Assembly (NCBI GenBank): GCA_963803435.1
Contig: CAWDML010000009.1
Span: 1,696,001-1,760,000, forward strand
From: an uncultured delta proteobacterium
GTDB taxonomy: Bacteria; Myxococcota; Kuafuiibacteriia; Kuafuiibacteriales; Kuafuiibacteriaceae
Direction: 5' to 3'
Length of the DNA stretch: 64,000 nt
A model generated the notes under the pieces. The model was not told the origin of the DNA. It ran no database searches and saw nothing but the letters and a program-made list of their open reading frames with translations. Of this stretch, positions 11,601 through 21,834 are shown in pieces; the stretch's first letter is position 1, and each line of letters opens with the position of its first letter. The translations under genes were made by a program, and so were the position numbers.

Positions 11601-11953
11601 GCTTCAAGGTGCCGCTCCGGCCCACCGGCAAGGCGGGGCAGCACGTGGCCGGGATCCGCTTTCGCGCGTGGCAGCCGCCGCACTGCCTGCACCCCGACAT
11701 CCCGGTGCATCACCCGCTTCGCTTCGACATCGTCGACACCTGGGGTCGCCGCTCGCTGGGCGCGGCCACCTATCACGTCTGGCATCCGGAGGGCCGCGGC
11801 TTCGAGGATCCGCCGCTCACCGCGTTCGAGGCCGCCGCCCGCCGCGCGCAGCGCTTCACCACCGAGGGGCACCTGCCCTTCCCCGCCGAGCCGATCGAGG
11901 TCGAGCCCCATCCGGAGCAGCCGTACACGCTCGATCTGCGGCGCTGTCCCTGA
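8693..11953 (+). CDS. transglutaminase-like + DUF2126 (putative COOH-NH2 amidoligase) protein
   Basis: GSCRDSA/DLHAWAE catalytic motifs; [65 protein letters not shown]; ends TLDLRR; GGGGAGG SD upstream. Confidence 0.92.
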   Translation: MRVRIRHESRYHYGKPVDLGPHLIRLRPADHTRARLLSYNLGVTPKCELRWQRDAANNRIVRATFAAGERFDALAVVVDAAFEIRTVNPFNFFVDDRCRDLPFAYPDGLEIDLAPFLRRPAIGPELAAFVKANPAEGYVTDYLVALNSAVAREVRYIIRDDAGIQSSEETLARGSGSCRDSAVLLVDALRAQGLAARFVSGYLLQLTDEGNIPGERRGIDRDVVDLHAWAEVYVPGGGWIGLDGTSGLLAGEGHIPLAGTADPRLAAPIDGTASAPALRVDFHTRVERLGHEPRPRRPYTDACWAAIRALGRDVDAHLEARGLALTMGGEPTWTSRLHPRAKEWNEDALGRTKWDQGLVLAERLLARLGDGGIVTHRMGKHYPGESLPRWAMHLLWRPDGVPLWRDPSRLDLRTARATADLGASAGAPSDEDAERFARALAGKLELAAYRTIQPAFEDPWVFIREEHDLPDDVDPLAADLDDPEARRRLARVLGRGLGRPVGYVLPLGATKEGWATSPWTFRRGHAFLTPGDAPIGLRLPLQQIGGTPHPTWAQDPSQRFLAFDAAPVSALPGQPRAELTEKDTRVRTALCVEPRGGALAVFLPPLPTGEHFLALIRAVEETARSTDAKVSLEGYPPPPDPRLRACLVTPDPGVLEVNIPVTSRFDDYVELMETIADAANHAGLTTEKYQLDGREVGPGGGHHLTLGGPTTLESPFLRDPALLASMLNYLQNHPALSYLFASQFVGPTSQAPRVDEARHDALYELEIALERLRSHAGEVLPWLSDRHLRNLLTDVSGNTHRTEVCIDKLYDPGSAGGRQGILEFRAFEMPAHERMAVTQMLLLRGIASMVADRPYARPLIRWGSQLHDRFMLPHFLWRDLRDVLGDLREAGLPFADEMIRPFLDFKCPVAGTVDVEDFSLEIRTALEPWIVLGEEGARTGTVRYVDSSVERLQVSVEGLTDDRHVITVNGFKVPLRPTGKAGQHVAGIRFRAWQPPHCLHPDIPVHHPLRFDIVDTWGRRSLGAATYHVWHPEGRGFEDPPLTAFEAAARRAQRFTTEGHLPFPAEPIEVEPHPEQPYTLDLRRCP

Positions 11954-11956
11954 CGC

Positions 11957-12514
11957 TTACGGCTTCACGACCTGCGAGCACTGGCGCCCGTCGAGGAGCT
12001 GCCGCTGCAGCGTCTCCACCTTGGGGAAGCGCGCGTAGGCCTCCGTCTTGCCCGGATCGACGCACGGGCTCCCCAGCACGATGGCCTTGGGGCGGTACTT
12101 CTCTTCGGATCGGCTGATCACGTCGGTGAACGTCAGCGACTTCAGCGGTGCGTCCTCGGAGGCCCGCATGATCAGGACGATGCCTTGATCGCTCCGATCG
12201 ACGCGCGCGATCGGCGAGTCGAAGTGCGAGCCGTCCTGGCAGTAGACCTCGACCGAGTCGAGGAAGATCTCGATGCGCGCCAGCTCGCGCGCGCACCACT
12301 GCTCGGGCGTCATCGAGTCGTTGTCGAGGCGCTTGATCTCGGCCTCGGGGAACCAGCGCCCGATCAGGTTGTAGATGACGGCCTTCTTGTCGCTGCCCGG
12401 ATTGATCTTGGTGTAGTCGTAGACCGAGGCGTCCATCGAACCCGGCGCACCGCCGGGGCAGCCGGTCGCCAGGAGCACGAAGAGCGTCGATGCCAGCGCG
12501 AGGCCTCTCTCCAT
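11957..12514 (-). CDS. hypothetical lipoprotein
   Basis: Lipobox LLATGC; GAGGGG SD upstream; typical coding composition. Confidence 0.7.
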   Translation of the reverse strand: MERGLALASTLFVLLATGCPGGAPGSMDASVYDYTKINPGSDKKAVIYNLIGRWFPEAEIKRLDNDSMTPEQWCARELARIEIFLDSVEVYCQDGSHFDSPIARVDRSDQGIVLIMRASEDAPLKSLTFTDVISRSEEKYRPKAIVLGSPCVDPGKTEAYARFPKVETLQRQLLDGRQCSQVVKP

Positions 12515-12530
12515 GGGTGACCCCTCGGTA

Positions 12531-13289
12531 TCACGATCGGGACTGCCTGAGGAGCCGGCCCATCAGGTCCAGCAGGCGCGACTCTCCGAGGCGAGGGCGG
12601 GACCCGAGCGCGATCGGCTCCCCGCCGGCGCGCGCGCACGCGATCACGCGTGTTCGCCCCTGCTCCAGCACGCCGACCGAGGCGACGTCGCGCCACCGCA
12701 CCAGATCCCCGAGGGAGGGGCTCCGCGCGAAGCCGGCCAGGACCAGGCGCAGCGCCGGATGCGCGCGCTCGAACGGCCCCGGCGCGAACGACCAGACGAT
12801 GGTGGCGCCGTCGAGGGCCGCCCGCTCGAGGGATGCGAGCGACGCGCCGGCGTCGGGGACGATCGGCCGCGCCTCCGGATCCGGTCGGATCGGCGGACCC
12901 CAGCGGTTGAGGCCGTGCCAGTGCGCCGCCAGCGGATCCTCCACGTACAGCGGGGCCTCCGGCGCGGCCGTGAATCGATACCCGCGGTCGGCGCGCTCGG
13001 TGCGAGCGGGCCGCAGATCGAGCAGGTCGATCGCCAGGTCGAAGGCGCCGTCCGGACACGCCCGCGCCGCCCGCTCGATCACCGCCCGCGACGAGGCCCG
13101 CCCCGAGCGGCCCAGCGTCAGCGCCAGCGCGTGCGCCCGCGCCGGATCCGTCTCCGCTGCCAGCGTGGCCTCGATCTGATCGAGGTCCCGATCGCGCAGG
13201 CCCGCCTCCTCGGCGATCGCGAACAGCAGCCGGTCCTCGGGGATCTCGAGCGCGAGGTGACGGGCCCCGACCTCGTCAGGAGGGGGCAC
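12531..13289 (-). CDS. hypothetical protein
   Basis: ORF 12531..13370; the likely GTG start at 13289 overlaps the gyrA 3' end; fills the gap between gyrA and the lipoprotein gene. Confidence 0.55.
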   Translation of the reverse strand: MPPPDEVGARHLALEIPEDRLLFAIAEEAGLRDRDLDQIEATLAAETDPARAHALALTLGRSGRASSRAVIERAARACPDGAFDLAIDLLDLRPARTERADRGYRFTAAPEAPLYVEDPLAAHWHGLNRWGPPIRPDPEARPIVPDAGASLASLERAALDGATIVWSFAPGPFERAHPALRLVLAGFARSPSLGDLVRWRDVASVGVLEQGRTRVIACARAGGEPIALGSRPRLGESRLLDLMGRLLRQSRS

Positions 13290-15867
13290 CCTCGCCGCCT
13301 TCGCCGCCTTCGCCGCCTTCGTCGTCCTCGTCGTCGGCCACCAGGTCGCAGACCGCGTTGACGCGATCATCCTCGTCGAGCCGGACGATGCGGACGCCCT
13401 GCGTGTTGCGGCCCATCAGCGAGATGTCGCGCGCCGCCATCCGGATCACCACGCCCTGCCCGGTGATCACCATGACGTGGTCGGTGTCGACGACCTGCCG
13501 CACCGCCGCGACCTGCCCGTTCCGATCGCCCGTCTTCACGTTGATGATGCCGCGCCCGCCGCGCTGCTGCGGCCGGTACTCCTCGGTGGGCGTGCGCTTG
13601 CCGTAGCCGTTGTCGGTCACCACCAGGATGGTGGCCGCAGAGTCGATCACCGCCATGCCGACCACGCGATCGCCGTCGTCGAGGCGGACGCCTCGGACGC
13701 CGACCGAGGACCGGCTCAGCGAGCGCAGGTCGCTGGCCTTGAAGCGGATCGCCATCCCGTTGGCCGTCCCGAGCAGGATGTCGTCCTTGTCGGTGGCCAC
13801 CGCCACGGCGATGATCTCGTCCCCCTCGGCGATGCCGGCGCCGATGATGCCGGCGGGCCGAGGTCGCGAGTACTCGAGCAGGTTCGTCTTCTTGACGGTC
13901 CCGTTCTTCGAGCTGGTGACGACGAAGCTGCCCTCCTGGAACTCGCGCACCGGGAGGATCGCCGTGACCTTCTCGCCTTCGCCCAGCTGGATGATGTTGA
14001 CCAGGGGCTTGCCGCGCGCCGTCCGACCGCCGAGCGGCAGCTCGTGCACCTTGATCCAGTACACGCGGCCCAGGTTCGTGAAGACCAGCAGATAGGCGTG
14101 GGTCGAGGCCGAGAACAGCCGCTCGACGAAGTCCTCCTCCTTGGTGTCGGCGCCGGTGACCCCGCGACCGCCGCGGCGCTGCGCCCGATACTCGCTCGCG
14201 GGCGTCCGCTTGGCGTAGCCGCTGTGGGAGACGGTGACGATCATCTCCTCCTCGGCGATCAGGTCCTCGTCCGAGTACTCGCCGACCTCGCCGGTGATCT
14301 GCGTGCGCCGGGCGTCGCCGAAGGTGTCGCGGATCTCCTTCAGCTCCTCCACGATGACGCGCATCAGCTCGTCGTCGTCCGCGAGGATCCCGCGCAGGCG
14401 GACCATGGTGTCGCGGAGCTGGTTCGCCTCGTCGCGGAGCTTGTCCGCCTCCAGTCCGGTCAACCGGTGGAGCCGCAGGTCCAGGATGGCCTGCGCCTGC
14501 GCCTCGGTCAGATGGATCACGCCCTCGGCCAGGGCCTTCTGCACCTGACCGTCCTCGGCGGCGATCAGCTGCTCCAGGTTGCCGAGCCGCTTGAAGGGCT
14601 CCGCGACCAGCCGGGTGCGGGCCTCGTCCGGATCCTTCGACGACCGGATCAGCTCGATCACGCGATCGATGTTGTCGAGCGCGATCAACAGGCCGACGCG
14701 GGTGTGGAAGGTGCGCTCGGCCTCGGCCAGCTCGAAGACCGTCCTCCGCGTGACGACCTCGCGGCGGTGCTCGATGAAGTGCTCGAGCACCTCCTTGACC
14801 GGGCAGATCCGCGGCGTCCCGTGGACGATCGAGAGCATGTTGACCGCGAACGTCGACTCCAGCGCCGTGTGCCGCCAGAGCTGGTTGAGCGTGACCTGCG
14901 GAACCGCGTCGCGGCGGAGCTCGATCACGATCCGGAGCCCGCGCCGATCCGACTCGTCGCGCACGTCCGAGATGCCCTCGAGCTTCTTCTCCCCCACCAG
15001 CTCGGCCATGCGCTCGATGAGCTTCGCCTTGTTCACCTGATACGGAATCTCAGAGACGACGATCTGGTAGCCGCCCTTCTTCCGCTCCTCGACCTCGGTG
15101 ACCGCGCGGACCTTGATCGAGCCGCGCCCGGTCTCGAAGGCGCGCCGGATCCCGTCGCGGCCGCAGATGATGCCGCCGGTGGGGAAATCGGGACCCGGCA
15201 TGATCCGGAGCAGCTCCTCCAGCCGGAGCGCCGGATTCTCGATCAGCCGGATGGTGGCCTCGATCGTCTCCTTCAGGTTGTGCGGCGGGATGCTGGTCGC
15301 CATCCCGACCGCGATCCCCTGCGAACCGTTGACGAGCAGCTGCGGGAAGCGCGCCGGGAGGACGTCGGGCTCGGTGGTGCTCTCGTCGAAGTTCGGCGAG
15401 AAGTCGACGGTGCCCTTGTCGATGTCGCGCAGGATCTCCTGCGCCAGCCGGGTGAGCCGCACCTCGGTGTAGCGCATGGCGGCCGGCGGATCGCCGTCGA
15501 CCGAGCCGAAGTTGCCCTGGCCGTCGATCAGCGGCTCGCGCATCGAGAACGACTGCGCCATCCGGACGACCGTGTCGTAGACGGCGGCGTCGCCGTGCGG
15601 GTGATAGCGACCGAGCACGTCGCCGACCACGCGCGCCGACTTCTTGTGCGCCCGGTTGTAGAAGTTCGAGGCCTCGTTCATCGCGTAGAGGACGCGGCGA
15701 TGGACCGGCTTCAGACCGTCACGGATGTCGGGGAGCGCGCGTCCGATGATCACGCTCATCGCGTAGTCGAGATACGAAGCGCGCATCTCGTCTTCGATCT
15801 GGACCGGCATCATGTCGCCGGCGCCGTCGGACGGTCCTCCGCCGTTGGGAGCTTGAGGCTCTGCCAT
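13276..15867 (-). CDS. gyrA: DNA gyrase subunit A
   Basis: [32 protein letters not shown] (catalytic Tyr), GyrA-box QRRGGRG, pinwheel CTD repeats, acidic tail. Confidence 0.97.
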   Translation of the reverse strand: MAEPQAPNGGGPSDGAGDMMPVQIEDEMRASYLDYAMSVIIGRALPDIRDGLKPVHRRVLYAMNEASNFYNRAHKKSARVVGDVLGRYHPHGDAAVYDTVVRMAQSFSMREPLIDGQGNFGSVDGDPPAAMRYTEVRLTRLAQEILRDIDKGTVDFSPNFDESTTEPDVLPARFPQLLVNGSQGIAVGMATSIPPHNLKETIEATIRLIENPALRLEELLRIMPGPDFPTGGIICGRDGIRRAFETGRGSIKVRAVTEVEERKKGGYQIVVSEIPYQVNKAKLIERMAELVGEKKLEGISDVRDESDRRGLRIVIELRRDAVPQVTLNQLWRHTALESTFAVNMLSIVHGTPRICPVKEVLEHFIEHRREVVTRRTVFELAEAERTFHTRVGLLIALDNIDRVIELIRSSKDPDEARTRLVAEPFKRLGNLEQLIAAEDGQVQKALAEGVIHLTEAQAQAILDLRLHRLTGLEADKLRDEANQLRDTMVRLRGILADDDELMRVIVEELKEIRDTFGDARRTQITGEVGEYSDEDLIAEEEMIVTVSHSGYAKRTPASEYRAQRRGGRGVTGADTKEEDFVERLFSASTHAYLLVFTNLGRVYWIKVHELPLGGRTARGKPLVNIIQLGEGEKVTAILPVREFQEGSFVVTSSKNGTVKKTNLLEYSRPRPAGIIGAGIAEGDEIIAVAVATDKDDILLGTANGMAIRFKASDLRSLSRSSVGVRGVRLDDGDRVVGMAVIDSAATILVVTDNGYGKRTPTEEYRPQQRGGRGIINVKTGDRNGQVAAVRQVVDTDHVMVITGQGVVIRMAARDISLMGRNTQGVRIVRLDEDDRVNAVCDLVADDEDDEGGEGGEGGEGAPS
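13291..13320. repeat. 9-bp tandem repeat (TCGCCGCCT, about 3 copies) encoding EGG repeats in the GyrA acidic tail
   Basis: ctcgccgccttcgccgccttcgccgccttc read directly. Confidence 0.7.
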
Positions 15868-15957
15868 AGGGATCGCTGGTTCCTATCGCGCCCGCGTCGA
15901 AAATCAAAGAGGTTTTCGGCCCGCAACGTCGCCCAAATCCAGAAGAATCCCAAGACC

Positions 15958-15986
15958 TTGGCCGCGTCCTCAGAGTGTTCTAGGGT
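15958..15986 (+). promoter_or_regulatory. putative sigma70 promoter (TTGGCC-17-TAGGGT) for the glutamine synthetase-family gene, likely leaderless
   Basis: 17-nt spacer; -10 ends 8 nt before GTG 15995; no SD. Confidence 0.45.
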
Positions 15987-15994
15987 GCGCCGCC

Positions 15995-17350
15995 GTGAGC
16001 ATCATCGACCACCTGCGCAAGCAGTTCGAATCGCACGACATCCGCCGGGTCAAGATCGGCGGCTTCGACATCGACTGCATCCTCCGCGGCAAGTACGTGT
16101 CGCTGGAGAAGTTCTGGTCGATCGTCGAGAACGGCATGGGCTTCTGCGACGTCATCTTCGGCTGGGACTCGCAGGACGCGCTCTACGATCGCCCCGGGTT
16201 CACCGGCTGGCACACCGGCTACCCCGACGCCGCCGCCGCCATCGACCTCAACACCTTCCGCGTGATCCCGTGGGAGGACAACACCGCGGCCTTCCTCATC
16301 GACTTCCAGGACGCCGACGGGCGCCCGCTCGAGGTCTCGCCGCGGCAGCTGTTGCGCCGCGTGCTGGGGAAGGCGGCCTCGATGGACCTCCTGCCCACGT
16401 TCTCCTGCGAATACGAGTTTTTCATCTACGAGGAGTCGCCGCACACGCTCAGCGAGAAGGGCTTCCGCAGCCCGCGGCCCGTCTCCCCCGGCATGTTCGG
16501 ATACTCGTGGCTCCGGACCTCGCAGCGGGCCCCGCTGGTCCATGCGCTCTTCGATCAGTCGACCCAGTTCGGGATCCCCATCGAAGGCTTCCACACCGAG
16601 ACCGGCCCGGGCGTCTTCGAGGCGGCGATCCACTACTCCGAGGCCCTCATGGCCGCGGACCGGGCGGCGCTCTTCAAGACGGCCGCCAAGGAGATCTGCC
16701 ACCAGTACGGGCTGATGGCCTCCTTCATGGCGAAGCCGGCCAACGGCCTGCCCGGGTGCGGCGGGCACACGCACCAGTCGATCTGGTCCCGCGACGGCTC
16801 GACCAACCTGTTCTTCAACCCGGCCGACCCCGACCTCATGAGCGACACCATGCGCCACTACGTCGCCGGTCAGATCGCGCTGATGCCGGAGCTCTGCGCG
16901 ATCTTCTGTCCCAACGTGAACAGCTACAAGCGGCTCCTCGACGGCAACTGGGCCCCGGGCTCGGCGACCTGGGGCATCGAGAACCGCACCGTGTCCCTCC
17001 GCGTGATCCCGGGATCGGAGAAGTCGACCCGGATCGAGCACCGCCTGCCGGGCGCCGATCTGAACCCGTACCTGACGATGGCCGCCATGCTGGCCGCTGG
17101 GCTCTACGGCGTGGAGCAGAAGCTGGCCTGCCCGCCCCCCACGCGCGGCAGCGCCTACGACACCGACGCCCCGCGGCTCCCGTCCTCCCTCGCCGAGGCG
17201 GTCGCCCGGCTGCGCGGGTCGGAGCTCGCGCGCTCGCTCCTCGGGGAGGCGTTCGTCGAGCACTACCTGCTGAGCCGGGAGTTCGAGGTGCGGCAGGCCC
17301 AGAAGGCCGTCACGGACTGGGAGGTCCGACGCTACTTCGAGCTGGCGTGA
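15995..17350 (+). CDS. glutamine synthetase-family protein (GS-like gamma-glutamyl ligase)
   Basis: D..LRGK, EYEFF, HTETGPGVFE, ASFMAKP, GGHTHQS, NSYKRL, WGIENRT, RIEHRLPGADLNPYL. Confidence 0.9.
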   Translation: MSIIDHLRKQFESHDIRRVKIGGFDIDCILRGKYVSLEKFWSIVENGMGFCDVIFGWDSQDALYDRPGFTGWHTGYPDAAAAIDLNTFRVIPWEDNTAAFLIDFQDADGRPLEVSPRQLLRRVLGKAASMDLLPTFSCEYEFFIYEESPHTLSEKGFRSPRPVSPGMFGYSWLRTSQRAPLVHALFDQSTQFGIPIEGFHTETGPGVFEAAIHYSEALMAADRAALFKTAAKEICHQYGLMASFMAKPANGLPGCGGHTHQSIWSRDGSTNLFFNPADPDLMSDTMRHYVAGQIALMPELCAIFCPNVNSYKRLLDGNWAPGSATWGIENRTVSLRVIPGSEKSTRIEHRLPGADLNPYLTMAAMLAAGLYGVEQKLACPPPTRGSAYDTDAPRLPSSLAEAVARLRGSELARSLLGEAFVEHYLLSREFEVRQAQKAVTDWEVRRYFELA

Positions 17351-17358
17351 GGACAGGT

Positions 17359-17994
17359 CTATGGCCGGATCCAGCCCGGGAGCGCCCCCGCCTTCCGCGC
17401 CTCCTCGGGGAGCCCGAAGTCGAGGTACTCGATCGCCGCGTCGAGGTCCTTCTCCAGCGCGTCGAGCTTCTTCTTCAGGCCCATCATCTCTTTCTGCTGG
17501 CCCGGGAGCAGCGAGAACGACACCCGGGTGGCGAGGTTCTGATACTGCTCCTGCGTGCTGTTGAACTCGGCCAGGAGGTCGTCGACCTTCTTCCTCGCGT
17601 CCTTCGCCTTGGTCTCCCACGACGACCGGGTGGCGTCGCGCTCCTTCGTTCGCTGGGTGATCTCTTCGAGCGCCGCGTTGATCGCAGCGGCCCGGCGCGT
17701 GCGTTCGGCCTCGTCGAGCTCCTGGAGTCGGAGCGCCTCGAGCTGCTGCTCCTTCTCCCTCCGCTCGTACTCCTCCTTGCCGAGCTTCTGGATCTGCTCC
17801 TGCCGCAGCCGGTCCCGCTCCTGCTCCAGCTTGTTGTAGTAGGCGCGGCGATCCTGGGGCAGCGCGGAGAGGTTGTCGGTGTACACGACGGTCCCGTCGC
17901 CCTTCTTGTACTTGTAGATCTGGGCATGCGCGTCCGGCGCCGCCGTGATGAAAAGCGCGATTCCGGCGGCGAGGGTTGTGATCCAGCGTGCCAT
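17359..17994 (-). CDS. DUF4124-type secreted protein with coiled-coil
   Basis: Signal peptide ending AHA; QIYKYKKGDGTVVYTD motif; coiled-coil; ends ARKAGALPGWIR. Confidence 0.8.
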   Translation of the reverse strand: MARWITTLAAGIALFITAAPDAHAQIYKYKKGDGTVVYTDNLSALPQDRRAYYNKLEQERDRLRQEQIQKLGKEEYERREKEQQLEALRLQELDEAERTRRAAAINAALEEITQRTKERDATRSSWETKAKDARKKVDDLLAEFNSTQEQYQNLATRVSFSLLPGQQKEMMGLKKKLDALEKDLDAAIEYLDFGLPEEARKAGALPGWIRP

Positions 17995-18027
17995 CGGGCG
18001 AATTATGGCACACGACCGCGTCCATGT

Positions 18028-19023
18028 ATGGGAGTCCTCTTGGCAGGCCTGGCTTCTTTCGCGATCGGCATGCTCGTGCTGTTCCGCGCCGCCATCCGGA
18101 ACGAGGAGAATCGCCGCGCCATCGACCTCGCGGACTTCCGCCGCCTCGGCCTCCGGCGATCGGGTGAGGGTCGCGTCTCGAGCTGCACGGTCGAGGTCAG
18201 CGAGCACCAGGTCCACGTGCGTCCCGAGATCCCGCTCCCCGAGGACCTCACGATTTCCGGCTACTCCGGGCAGCCGCACCGCTGGCTCAGCGGAGACGAG
18301 GCGTTCGACGACTGCATCGAGTGCGCCGGACCGACCGCCTGGCTCCGCGCCCGCATGAGCCAATCGTTCCGCGAGCACGTCCGCCGCCTGCTCCTCAAGT
18401 GGCCGGCCCGCTTCATCCAGGGCAACCTGAGCATCGACTACTTCGACGGCGCGCGGCCGCAGGGGGAGACGCTCTTCGAGCTGATCGCCGACGCGGTCGG
18501 GTTCGTGGAGGCGCTGGCGGCGCCGCTGGAGATCGAACCGGCGCTCGCCGAGATCGCCACCTCCGATCGGGTGGTGGCCGTCCGACTCCGCGCGCTGCGG
18601 GAGATGATCGCGAACGCCCCGAGGGGTCACCCACACCCGCACGTCGAGCGCGCCCTCCACCTGCTGCTGACGGACTCGAACCTGGACCTGCGCCTGACCG
18701 CAGCCGAGCGTCTCGGCCCGCCGGCGAAGAGCACGCTGCTCGTGATCTTCGACCACGCCAAGGACGGCCCGGCTCGGGCCCGCGCGCTGGCAGCGCTGGC
18801 CGCCTTCCTTCCCACCGGCGCCCTCGCCGAGGTCCTGGGGGACGAGGGGCTGGCGCGGCGCTTCGAGGCCGCGGGCGGGCAGCGTCTCACCGTCGCGGAG
18901 GCGATCGTCACCGAGCTCGAGCGGCGGGAGAACGGCCGCCTCTCGCTGGTCGAGGCTTCGGAGGCCGGCGCGCTCGCGATCCATGCCGAGGCGGGCGGCC
19001 TGTCGGAGCCCGACGAGCGCTGA
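18028..19023 (+). CDS. hypothetical membrane-anchored protein with HEAT-like repeats
   Basis: N-terminal TM (MGVLLAGLASFAIGMLVLF); VRLRALREM and LRLTAAERLG HEAT-like segments; real 3' part of shadow ORF 13477..19023. Confidence 0.65.
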   Translation: MGVLLAGLASFAIGMLVLFRAAIRNEENRRAIDLADFRRLGLRRSGEGRVSSCTVEVSEHQVHVRPEIPLPEDLTISGYSGQPHRWLSGDEAFDDCIECAGPTAWLRARMSQSFREHVRRLLLKWPARFIQGNLSIDYFDGARPQGETLFELIADAVGFVEALAAPLEIEPALAEIATSDRVVAVRLRALREMIANAPRGHPHPHVERALHLLLTDSNLDLRLTAAERLGPPAKSTLLVIFDHAKDGPARARALAALAAFLPTGALAEVLGDEGLARRFEAAGGQRLTVAEAIVTELERRENGRLSLVEASEAGALAIHAEAGGLSEPDER

Positions 19024-19087
19024 GGCGGAACGGTTTGCGACCGCTCCGCGCGTGACGGGAGCGACGCGCCTCGGTTAGCCTCCGCGC

Positions 19088-20470
19088 GTGCCGCAGATCC
19101 CGTTCACGTTTCCGGCGAAGCCGCCCTCGCCGGCGCCCGTCGAGGAGCCGTTCGTGTTCTCGGTGTCGGGGATCGTGAACCGGTTGCGGAAGGATCTGGA
19201 GGAGGGCTTCGGCGACGTCTGGGTGGGCGGCGAGATCTCGAGCTTCTCCATCCACCCCACCTCCGGCCACGCCTACTTCAGCCTCAAGGATCAGCGCGCC
19301 AAGCTCTCGTGCGTGATGTGGCGGGACAACCTGGTCCGGCTCCGCTTTCGACCGCAGCGCGGACACGAGGTCATCGTTCGCGGTCGCATCACCGTCTACG
19401 AGCGGGGCGGCCAGCTGCAGATGAACGTGCTGGGCGTCGAGCCCCAGGGCCTGGGCGCGCTCCAGCAAGAGTTCATGGATCGGCTCGCCGCCCTGCGGGC
19501 CGAGGGCCTGACCGCGCCCGAGCGAAAGCGCCCGATCCCGCCGTTTCCCCGGGTGGTCGGCGTCGTCACCAGCCCGGGCGGCGCGGCGCTGCGCGACGTC
19601 CTTCGGACGCTCCTCCGTCGGGATCCGCGGTCGCACGTCATCATCGCGCCGGCGCAGGTCCAAGGGCGCAGCTCGGCCCTCTCGATCGTCGCCGCGCTCG
19701 ACCGCCTCGACGCCCTGGGTCGAGCCGACGTCATCATCCTGGCCCGCGGCGGCGGATCGCTCGAGGATCTGTGGGCCTTCAACGAGGAGCCGGTGGCCCG
19801 GGCGGTGGCGCGCTGCTCGGTCCCGGTCATCACCGGCGTGGGCCACGAGACCGACACCACGATCGCCGACTACGTGGCTGACCTGCGCACGTCCACGCCG
19901 ACGGCCGCCGCCGAGCACGCGGTCCCGCGGCGCAGCGAGGTCGAGGCGCGCTGGCTCGGGTTGTCGGCCCGGATCGGCCACGCGTTCCAGAACCGGATCG
20001 ATCACCTGGGACGGCGCCTGCTGCGGCTGGAGAACCGGCTCTCGGATCCGAGCGCGACGATCGGGCGGCGAGCCCAGTACCTCGACGAGCTCACCACCCG
20101 GGCCGAGCGTGGGCTGAAGCGCAAGACCACCCTTCTGCAAGGCCGCTTGCAACAGCTCGAGCGCCGCCTCGCCGCCGCCGCGCCGCAGCACCGCGTGCAG
20201 GGTCTGGCGGGCCGGCTCGACCGCCTGGAGGCGCGGCTTCACGAGGCCGCGCGCCGGCGAGTCGCCAGGAGCGAGCGGAGCCTGGCCATCCTGTGCGGCC
20301 GGCTCGAGTCGATGAGCCCGCTGGCGGTGCTGGCCCGGGGCTACGCGATCGCGCAGAGCGAGGACGGCCGCGTGGTGCGGCGCGCGATGGATGTGGAACG
20401 GGGCGAGCGACTGTCGCTTCGCCTGGCGGAGGGACGCGCACTCGTGCGAGTGGAGGAGACCGATGGCTGA
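19088..20470 (+). CDS. xseA: exodeoxyribonuclease VII large subunit
   Basis: VWVGGEIS, SGHAYFSLKD, GVVTSPGGAALRD, ARGGGSLEDLWAFNEE, GVGHETD, TPTAAAE, SPLAVLARGY. Confidence 0.96.
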   Translation: MPQIPFTFPAKPPSPAPVEEPFVFSVSGIVNRLRKDLEEGFGDVWVGGEISSFSIHPTSGHAYFSLKDQRAKLSCVMWRDNLVRLRFRPQRGHEVIVRGRITVYERGGQLQMNVLGVEPQGLGALQQEFMDRLAALRAEGLTAPERKRPIPPFPRVVGVVTSPGGAALRDVLRTLLRRDPRSHVIIAPAQVQGRSSALSIVAALDRLDALGRADVIILARGGGSLEDLWAFNEEPVARAVARCSVPVITGVGHETDTTIADYVADLRTSTPTAAAEHAVPRRSEVEARWLGLSARIGHAFQNRIDHLGRRLLRLENRLSDPSATIGRRAQYLDELTTRAERGLKRKTTLLQGRLQQLERRLAAAAPQHRVQGLAGRLDRLEARLHEAARRRVARSERSLAILCGRLESMSPLAVLARGYAIAQSEDGRVVRRAMDVERGERLSLRLAEGRALVRVEETDG

Positions 20471-20696
20471 CAACGGTACGCAGAGCTTCGAGCAGCTGCT
20501 GGAGCGCCTCGAGGGGATCGTCGGGCGGCTCGAGAACACCGATCTCTCGCTGGAGGAGGCGATCGACGCCTATCGAGAGGGCGTGTCCCTGGCCAAGGAC
20601 GGACACGCGCGCCTCGCCCAGGCGGAGCGGGTGATCGAGGAGGTGACGGGCAAGAAGACGCGCCCGGTGGACCTCGATCAGATCCTGGCCGAGTGA
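20463..20696 (+). CDS. xseB: exodeoxyribonuclease VII small subunit
   Basis: SFEQLLERLEGIVGRLE..DLSLEEAIDAYREGV; follows xseA; GGAGGAG SD. Confidence 0.93.
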   Translation: MADNGTQSFEQLLERLEGIVGRLENTDLSLEEAIDAYREGVSLAKDGHARLAQAERVIEEVTGKKTRPVDLDQILAE

Positions 20697-21577
20697 TGTC
20701 GGCGAACGTCGAGCTGCTCCGCCTCGCGGAGCGCATGGTGGAGCCGGCGCTGGCCGAGGCGCTCGATTGGCTGGGCCGCCCGCTCCCGAGCGACGGTGCG
20801 CCGGAGGGCCACGCCGTACCCGCGCGCCTCCTGGAGGCGATGCGATACGCGGTGTTCTCTCCGGGAAAGCGGCTGCGGCCCGCCCTGGTTCTCGGCAGCG
20901 CCCGAGCGGTCAACGCCCGCCTGGAGGACGTGCTCCCGGCGGCCTGCGCGGTCGAGCTGGTCCACGCGTACTCGCTGGTCCACGACGACCTCCCGCCGCT
21001 CGACGACGACGACTTCCGGCGCGGGCAGCCTTCGTGCCACAAGAAGTTCGGCGAGGCGACCGCGCTCCTGGCGGGCGACGCGCTGCTGACGGAGGCGCTC
21101 ACGCTCGTCGCGCTGGGTCAGCCCCTCGGCGGTGGCGAGGAGGTGGCGGCGCACCGGCGGGCCCGGGCGGCGGCGGAGCTCGGCCGCGGGATCGGTGCCG
21201 CCGGCATGGTGGGCGGCCAGCTCGACGACATCGAGAGCGAGGCCAAGCCGGCCTCGGCCGATCACCTCCGCTCAATCCACCGGCGAAAGACGGGCCGGCT
21301 GATCCAGGCGTCGTCGGTCCTGGGCGCGATCTACGGTGGGGGCGCCGCCGATGCGATCGAGGCGCTGCGCGGCTTCGGCGGCGAGATCGGCCTGGCGTTT
21401 CAGCTCGTCGACGACGCGCTCGATGGTGACGGGGTGGCGGCGATCGAGGGGGTCGAGGCGGCCCGGGCCGAGGCGGCCGGCGCCACCGAGCGCGCGCTCC
21501 GACAGCTCGGCGGCCTGGGGCCGAGCGCGGCCCCGCTGGCGGAGCTGGCGCGCGCGATGGCGGAGCGGACCCGATGA
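20693..21577 (+). CDS. ispA: farnesyl/geranylgeranyl diphosphate synthase
   Basis: GKRLRP, YSLVHDDLPPLDDDDFRRG, GMVGGQ, KTG, GLAFQLVDD. Confidence 0.93.
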   Translation: MMSANVELLRLAERMVEPALAEALDWLGRPLPSDGAPEGHAVPARLLEAMRYAVFSPGKRLRPALVLGSARAVNARLEDVLPAACAVELVHAYSLVHDDLPPLDDDDFRRGQPSCHKKFGEATALLAGDALLTEALTLVALGQPLGGGEEVAAHRRARAAAELGRGIGAAGMVGGQLDDIESEAKPASADHLRSIHRRKTGRLIQASSVLGAIYGGGAADAIEALRGFGGEIGLAFQLVDDALDGDGVAAIEGVEAARAEAAGATERALRQLGGLGPSAAPLAELARAMAERTR

Positions 21578-21834
21578 GACGATCGATCCTCCTCTTGCTC
21601 CTGAGCGCTGCCCTGTCGCAGGCGGCCTGCGGCAAGTGCCGAACGTCCAGCGACTGCGCGGCCGCGCAGCACTGCGAGTTCGTCAGCGGCGAGTGCCTCG
21701 ACGGTTGCATGCGCGACTCCGACTGCTCCGCCGTGGCGCGCTGCGACAGCTCCAGCGGGCGCTGCGTCCCCACGGGCAACGGTCTGCCGGACGTGGGCAC
21801 CACCACGACCAGCACGATCCCCGACGCCGGATGA
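21574..21834 (+). CDS. small Cys-rich lipoprotein (two Cys4 repeats)
   Basis: Signal + QAAC lipobox; CRTSSDC..C..GEC and CMRDSDC..C..GRC; ATGA overlaps at both ends. Confidence 0.75.
   Translation: MRRSILLLLLSAALSQAACGKCRTSSDCAAAQHCEFVSGECLDGCMRDSDCSAVARCDSSSGRCVPTGNGLPDVGTTTTSTIPDAG

Noticed and set aside
13550-13575. Second GyrA-box-like motif (QQRGGRG)
   Set aside because: Degenerate copies in other pinwheel blades are normal
13477-19023. 1848-aa ORF
   Set aside because: Antisense or off-frame shadow of gyrA, GS and DUF4124 genes in GC-rich DNA; only 18028..19023 looks coding
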